Positions 36,136 to 40,664 of a stretch of DNA of 40,664 nt are shown here, piece by piece. The DNA is from Candidatus Sumerlaeaceae bacterium (GTDB lineage Bacteria > Sumerlaeota > Sumerlaeia > Sumerlaeales > Sumerlaeaceae): contig JBMFRB010000008.1 in assembly GCA_049968255.1 (NCBI GenBank), positions 124,379-165,042 on the forward strand. The letters are read 5' to 3'. The first letter of the stretch is position 1; every line of letters begins with the position of its first letter. The notes below the pieces were generated by a model. It was not told the origin of the DNA, ran no database searches, and saw only the letters and a list, made by a program, of their open reading frames with translations. Made by a program: the position numbers and the translations under genes.

Positions 36136-38202
36136 CTAGCGCCAGTGCGAGGCTATAGACCAGCTGGCCATGGCGAGGATCGCCATCGCTGCAGCGCCAT
36201 AAGCTGCCCAGCGCTTGGCCTTGTCAAGCGTCTCTGCGTGCACCAACCGATGGTATGCAGGGAACATCCACAGCGGACGAAATGCCTTTTCCTTGCGTGC
36301 CTGTCCCGCCAGGGCAGGCTCAAGCTCCACGGCGCGCCGCAAGTGATCAAGCGCCAACTTCCACGAATGCAGCCGTGTCAGGACCCGAGCCGTGCGAAAA
36401 TGCAACGGCGCGTGGGCCGACTCGCGCTCAAGCCCGCGCGCATAAAGAGCCAACGCTCTGCCAGCATTGCCCGCAAACTCATTCAGCTCACCCAGCGCCT
36501 CATAGAACTCCGTCTCGTGTTTGGCATAGTGGCCGAAGGTCTGCTCCAGCAGCCGGATGCCCTCAGCCGTCCTACCCAAATGATGCAGGGTGTAAGCCTC
36601 CGCCACCACGCAGGGAAAAGTAGGTGCCATCACACCGTGGGAATCTGCTCCCATCGCGCGCGCTTCACGGAAAACGTCCAGAGCCTCGCGATACTCCTGC
36701 AGCAAATAATGCGAGCGCCCCAGCAGCCACAGAATCTCTCCGCTTGGCGTCGCTCTTGCCAAATAATCCTGCAAGTGGCGCTTTGCTTCCACGGCGCGCC
36801 CGAGGTTCTGCAGCACCGCGGCCCAACACGCTTGAATAGTGGCTTCCTTCGGGTGCTGTGCTGCAGCCGCGGCCAGCACGTCCGCAGCGAGTTCAAGCTT
36901 CGCGCGCCGCACAAGGAACGCCGCATAAGCGAGGAACACCGCCACGGGAACGTTGCCCATCCCCATGAGCCGCCGATAGGCACGCCACGCCGCCCCCTCA
37001 TTGCCGAGTTTTTCGGCCACATCGGCATAGAGCAGCCATGCGGCACGATACCGCGGCTGATGATAAAGATATTGGTCGAGCGTGGTCAGCGCCTCCGCAT
37101 ATTGCCCCTGGCCGAGCAGGTTTTGCACCTTGCGTTGCACCAGAGAAAAATCGCGCGGCGAATTCGCGATGAGAATCGTCAAGCACTGGTTTTCACCCTC
37201 CACCTCGCCCAGCAGGCGATGGATGTCCGCCTTCAGCAAGAGCGCCGCACGATCGTTCGAGCGCAGTCGCACCGCTAACGTGGCGTGGCGCATCGCTGGC
37301 CTCAGGCGACCCATCGCTGCCAGCGCTTGCGCCAACAATAGGTGCGCCTCGAAATGCCGGTCGTTGAGCTCCAGCGCCCGCTCCAAATCTTCCGCGGCTT
37401 TAGCGAGCTGGCGTTGCGCCAAGTAATGTCGGGCACGCGCGACGTAGAGCCGCGCGTCCTCTGCGCCATTTTCCAGCGCTTCTGTCACCAGGAGCACCAC
37501 GGCATCGGAGCGGTCAATATTCTCGTAGAGCGCCGCCAGATTCAGCCACGCGCGCACGTTGTTCGGTTCCAGCGCTGTTTGCTGGCGCAAGTAGCGGATC
37601 GCTGCCACGTGATCTCCGCGTCGCATCGCGACCGATGCCGCAAGCCCCAGCGCCTCCACGTTGTGCGGCTGACGCGCGAGGATTTCATGGCACTGCTCCA
37701 GAAGCGCGTCGTCGTCACCCATTTTGTGCAGCAACGCCGCGTAATGTCGCCGCACGTCCAAGTTCTCTGGCTCGCGCTCCAGGATCGCCTCCAATTCTGC
37801 GCGTGCATCTACCAAATGGCCCATAGCTGCCATCGCTGCCGCATGATAGAGCATGGCCTGCACCGAAGTCGGATCCAGCTCCAGAGCATGCGAAAGCTGC
37901 TCGGCGGCTTCTTGCGCGCGGCCCACTGCGAGCAGCGAGTAACCGAAATGTGTGCGATAACTCGGGTCCGTGGGCGACAACCGTGTTGCGCGCCGAAACG
38001 ATTCCACAGCATCCTTCGCGCGATTGAGGTGCAAGAGCGTAAGCCCACGGTAATAGTGCGCGTCCGCGTGCTCTGGATTATGGTCGAGGACCCACTCGAA
38101 CGAGCACAGCGCTTCCTCCCAATGGTCAGCCTCTAAAAGGTCCAATCCCTCGTGAAAGGCCGCCTCGATCGAATTCGCCTCGAATTCATTAAACCCAAAC
38201 AT
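36136..38202 (-). CDS. Long TPR-repeat protein with C-terminal membrane anchor
   Basis: Many 34-aa TPR units (e.g. ADAHYYRGLTLLHLNRAKDAVESFRRATRLSP), an end-of-TPR cap (AVELEP..ARKEKAF) and a terminal hydrophobic helix. Start 38202 or 38220. Confidence 0.88.
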   Translation of the reverse strand: MFGFNEFEANSIEAAFHEGLDLLEADHWEEALCSFEWVLDHNPEHADAHYYRGLTLLHLNRAKDAVESFRRATRLSPTDPSYRTHFGYSLLAVGRAQEAAEQLSHALELDPTSVQAMLYHAAAMAAMGHLVDARAELEAILEREPENLDVRRHYAALLHKMGDDDALLEQCHEILARQPHNVEALGLAASVAMRRGDHVAAIRYLRQQTALEPNNVRAWLNLAALYENIDRSDAVVLLVTEALENGAEDARLYVARARHYLAQRQLAKAAEDLERALELNDRHFEAHLLLAQALAAMGRLRPAMRHATLAVRLRSNDRAALLLKADIHRLLGEVEGENQCLTILIANSPRDFSLVQRKVQNLLGQGQYAEALTTLDQYLYHQPRYRAAWLLYADVAEKLGNEGAAWRAYRRLMGMGNVPVAVFLAYAAFLVRRAKLELAADVLAAAAAQHPKEATIQACWAAVLQNLGRAVEAKRHLQDYLARATPSGEILWLLGRSHYLLQEYREALDVFREARAMGADSHGVMAPTFPCVVAEAYTLHHLGRTAEGIRLLEQTFGHYAKHETEFYEALGELNEFAGNAGRALALYARGLERESAHAPLHFRTARVLTRLHSWKLALDHLRRAVELEPALAGQARKEKAFRPLWMFPAYHRLVHAETLDKAKRWAAYGAAAMAILAMASWSIASHWR

Positions 38203-38318
38203 TCTGCAATATCTACGCACCCACTGCCAAACATAATCAGCGCAGCGTCGGAAAGGCCGTGTGCCCCTCGCAGACCCAGAGAATTGTGCTCCAGACGGAC
38301 CAAAGATGGCTGTGCCAT

Positions 38319-38617
38319 CAAACTTACGAGAAAGCTATGTCCTCCACTCTCATGGCCAAAAGCTGGCTACGTCCCCTCGCGCCGCACTAACCTTGGAGGG
38401 CCTCGCAATTTTTTACGCCGCTTGCAGCGCATGCCAAGGACAGCTGGAGGGAAGTCGAGCATTTAGCCATGATGTCACCGGCGGCTTGCGCGAGCTGTCG
38501 AGAAGGGGTCGCATCGAGCAGGCCGAGCACGGACAATTCGGCGAACCACCGCGAAATCATTCATCAGAGTTTTTCTGAATGAGGGCCGCGCAGCATTCGT
38601 AGCTCTTCGTAAGTTTG
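38319..38617. repeat. Imperfect inverted repeat pair (about 20 bp) bracketing 299 bp
   Basis: CAAACTTACGAGAAAGCTATG (38319-38339) versus CGTAGCTCTTCGTAAGTTTG (38598-38617). The outer 11 bp are exact reverse complements. Confidence 0.45.
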
Positions 38618-38803
38618 TTACCGCGTGCGTGGTCTGGCGGCAACTATCGGCCCACCCCCCGAAAAGGAGGATGTGAGCGGCCAATGCCGACTTTAGCTCT
38701 ACCAGGTGGTGGGCAAACTTTGGGACCAAGCGTGGCCTCGTGGCATTGCGGGGAAGAGCGCGTCGAGGTCCAGCCCGGGCTTTGGCCTCCGCCGTGGCAG
38801 GGA

Positions 38804-38886
38804 TGCCAGCGGTGCCGGCTTCGCCCAAGGGTATGACCTGCGCTAACCACGCTGGCACCTTTGGCCCGTGCCAAGCCGGCTCCGCT
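38804..38886 (+). ncRNA. Candidate cis-regulatory RNA (riboswitch-like) upstream of terC
   Basis: 13/14-bp stem 38808-38821/38873-38886, inner hairpin 38853-38858/38868-38873, and a mutually exclusive 8-bp helix 38804-38811/38850-38857. Confidence 0.45.
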
Positions 38887-38934
38887 CCAGTGCATGCAGC
38901 TGTGCGAAGCGATAGATGGGAGAGGAACACACGA

Positions 38935-39864
38935 ATGGACGTTGGACTGGGTGGTTGGATCGCCTTCAATGTGGGCATACTCGCCCTCCTCGCTTTCGAT
39001 CTCGGCGTCGGCCAGCGCCGACCCCACGAACCGTCCTTGCGGGAAGCCCTCTTATGGAGTGTGTTCTGGATCGTCCTTGCCCTGCTCTTCGGCGCCTATC
39101 TCGGCTATACCTACGGTGCCCAGCGATTCCAGGAATACCTTGCCGGCTATCTCATCGAGAAAAGCCTCAGCGTTGATAACATATTTGTTTTTTACGTCAT
39201 TTTCACCTATTTCGGCGTAGATCCCTGTCTCCGCCACCGCGTTCTTTTTTGGGGAATTCTCGGGGCCCTCATCATGCGCGGCGCCATGATTGCCCTCGGC
39301 GTTTACCTCATCGCCAAGTTTCATTGGATCCTCTACGTCTTTGGAATCATCCTCATCATCACCGGCGTGCGCATGCTATTCCATCGCGAGGAAAAACTTG
39401 CCGTCGAAGAGCTGTGGGTCGTGCGCTTGGCTCGCCGTTTCCTGCCGCTCACGGATTCATGGCGCGGCTCGCATTTCTTCGTGCGCGAAGGCGGCCGCCT
39501 ACTGGCCACTCCCCTGCTGCTCGTCGTGCTCGTTGTCGAGGCCACGGATCTCGTCTTCGCCATTGATTCCATCCCGGCCATCTTCGCTGTCACGCGCGAT
39601 CCCTTCATCGTTTACACGTCCAACGTCTTTGCCATCCTGGGCCTACGCGCCCTCTTCTTCTGCTTGGCGGGCATCATTCCCCTGTTTCACTATCTTAAGG
39701 CCGCGCTTTCGGCCATCCTTTCCTTCGTGGGGGTAAAGATGCTTCTGGCCGACACCGCGTGGAAAATCCCCATTGGCGTCTCCCTGTGGGTCATTGTCGG
39801 CCTGCTCGTCGCCGCCATCGTCGCCTCCTGGCTTCGCGCGCGCCTTCTTGCTCGCCGCCAGTGA
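38935..39864 (+). CDS. terC: TerC/Alx family integral membrane metal-ion transporter
   Basis: GYLIEKSLSVDNIFVF, RVLFWGILGALIMR, DLVFAIDSIPAIFAVT and SNVFAILGLRALFF. SD GAGAGG. Confidence 0.93.
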   Translation: MDVGLGGWIAFNVGILALLAFDLGVGQRRPHEPSLREALLWSVFWIVLALLFGAYLGYTYGAQRFQEYLAGYLIEKSLSVDNIFVFYVIFTYFGVDPCLRHRVLFWGILGALIMRGAMIALGVYLIAKFHWILYVFGIILIITGVRMLFHREEKLAVEELWVVRLARRFLPLTDSWRGSHFFVREGGRLLATPLLLVVLVVEATDLVFAIDSIPAIFAVTRDPFIVYTSNVFAILGLRALFFCLAGIIPLFHYLKAALSAILSFVGVKMLLADTAWKIPIGVSLWVIVGLLVAAIVASWLRARLLARRQ

Positions 39865-39880
39865 TTGAGCCGTGGCCGAC

Positions 39881-40664
39881 CTAAGCCTCGCCTGCCGAAG
39901 GGTGGGGGCGCTCCGACCCAGCGCCACTCCTTGCCCTCTGGCCTAGCGCGTCGTAGGTAAGTTGGAAAGAGGAATCCATCAGCCAGCGACGGAACGACTC
40001 ATTGTCGCTGAATTGCTTATACAGCTCGGTGTCATCCTTGAGCAGTGCGGTCATCACCCGATCGAGGGCTTTGTTGTGCTCGATGCGGGCATTCTGCTTG
40101 TCGGAATGCTTGCGTGCATTCTGGTAAGCCGTATCGGCCGCTACGCGTGCAGGAATCTCCTCGGTGATCAGTTTGCGCACCCGGTCGGCGTCGGTCCAGG
40201 GAATGTTACCGAACAAGTCGTTGAAAGATCTGATGATGTTCGAAAGCCGGTCGAGCTCCGGTTCGGGCTTGTGTCCACCACCCACAGCGGGCACCGGTTC
40301 GATCTCGGCATCCGCATCGGGAAGCGCGATCCTCATGCTCGCCTGCTTTTCGACCCGGTAGCTGTCCATGTCGATCGCCTCCAGGATCCCCTTTGAGAGG
40401 TCTTCCTCCTTGGGCGCCGGCAGCTTGGGTACCAGGAAGTTGAGGAAGATCGATAGCTTCTCCCACGCGGTGTTGGTGTAGGGGAGGATTGAAGACAGAA
40501 AGTTATAGGTTCGCAGAAACGCCTTGGCTTTGCCCTTGAAGCCGACCTGACCGTCCTCGTCGAGATGCTCCAAGTAGGTGGCGACGCAAGCGTCGAGGAT
40601 CGGGTCGAGCTGGTCGCGGTCGGCGCCGCTTAAGTACAGCCGAACCAGTTCATCAACTTGCTCA
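39881..40664 (-). CDS. hsdR: Type I restriction-modification R subunit, C-terminal part (truncated by window end)
   Basis: Frame open to the window edge (EQVDELVRLYLSGADRDQLDPILD...). FKGKAKAFLRTYNFLSSILP, WEKLSIFL, LSNII..FNDLFG, QNARIEH and KQFSDNESF match my recollection of HsdR C-termini. Confidence 0.8.
   Translation of the reverse strand, partial: EQVDELVRLYLSGADRDQLDPILDACVATYLEHLDEDGQVGFKGKAKAFLRTYNFLSSILPYTNTAWEKLSIFLNFLVPKLPAPKEEDLSKGILEAIDMDSYRVEKQASMRIALPDADAEIEPVPAVGGGHKPEPELDRLSNIIRSFNDLFGNIPWTDADRVRKLITEEIPARVAADTAYQNARKHSDKQNARIEHNKALDRVMTALLKDDTELYKQFSDNESFRRWLMDSSFQLTYDALGQRARSGAGSERPHPSAGEA

Noticed and set aside
36145-38136. 377-aa and 264-aa plus-strand ORFs opposite the TPR gene
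   Set aside because: Arg/Gln-rich shadow translations with no motifs, fully overlapping a well-supported gene.
1-40664. CRISPR array, rRNA, IS/transposase, integrase or prophage genes
   Set aside because: No regularly spaced repeats or corresponding protein motifs were seen by eye. Short degenerate elements could have been missed.

Overview
A gene-dense bacterial chromosomal segment of roughly 55-60% GC (estimated by eye), with about 33 CDS and no rRNA, tRNA, CRISPR array or transposase that I could detect. The prepilin at 28499-29242 resembles the GspG-like family I associate with Candidatus Sumerlaeota (BRC1) and relatives; this taxonomic call is an inference. The order is: 3' end of a Pro/Thr-rich protein; GT2; an orphan MurE with an altered N-terminal nucleotide-binding loop plus two tandem enolase-superfamily dipeptide epimerases; a GT-C-like membrane protein; proB; mutL; a minor-pilin cluster (PilX-, PilV- and PilW-like plus a membrane protein); a coupled signalling module (GAF-PP2C RsbU, STAS RsbV, RsbW, GAF-histidine kinase) followed by a TPR-Ser/Thr kinase; a CE4 deacetylase; a hypothetical protein; a minus-strand sirC-like/hemX-like/hemA/SGNH/GT4 operon; a stand-alone prepilin; an orphan CoxM/XdhB-like FAD subunit; amrS; an orphan membrane histidine kinase; a low-GC convergent spacer; an ABC permease coupled to a secreted alpha/beta-hydrolase; a tail-anchored TPR protein; terC with a switch-like structured leader; and the 3' end of a type I R-M hsdR. 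The best candidates for undescribed biology are (i) the pilin-adjacent partner-switching/His-kinase/TPR-kinase module, which has no sigma factor or response regulator, (ii) the MurE paralogue with two epimerases, (iii) the terC leader RNA and (iv) a chain of ATGA-coupled micro-ORFs in front of the PilV-like gene. All functional calls come from motif recognition by eye; no searches were run.
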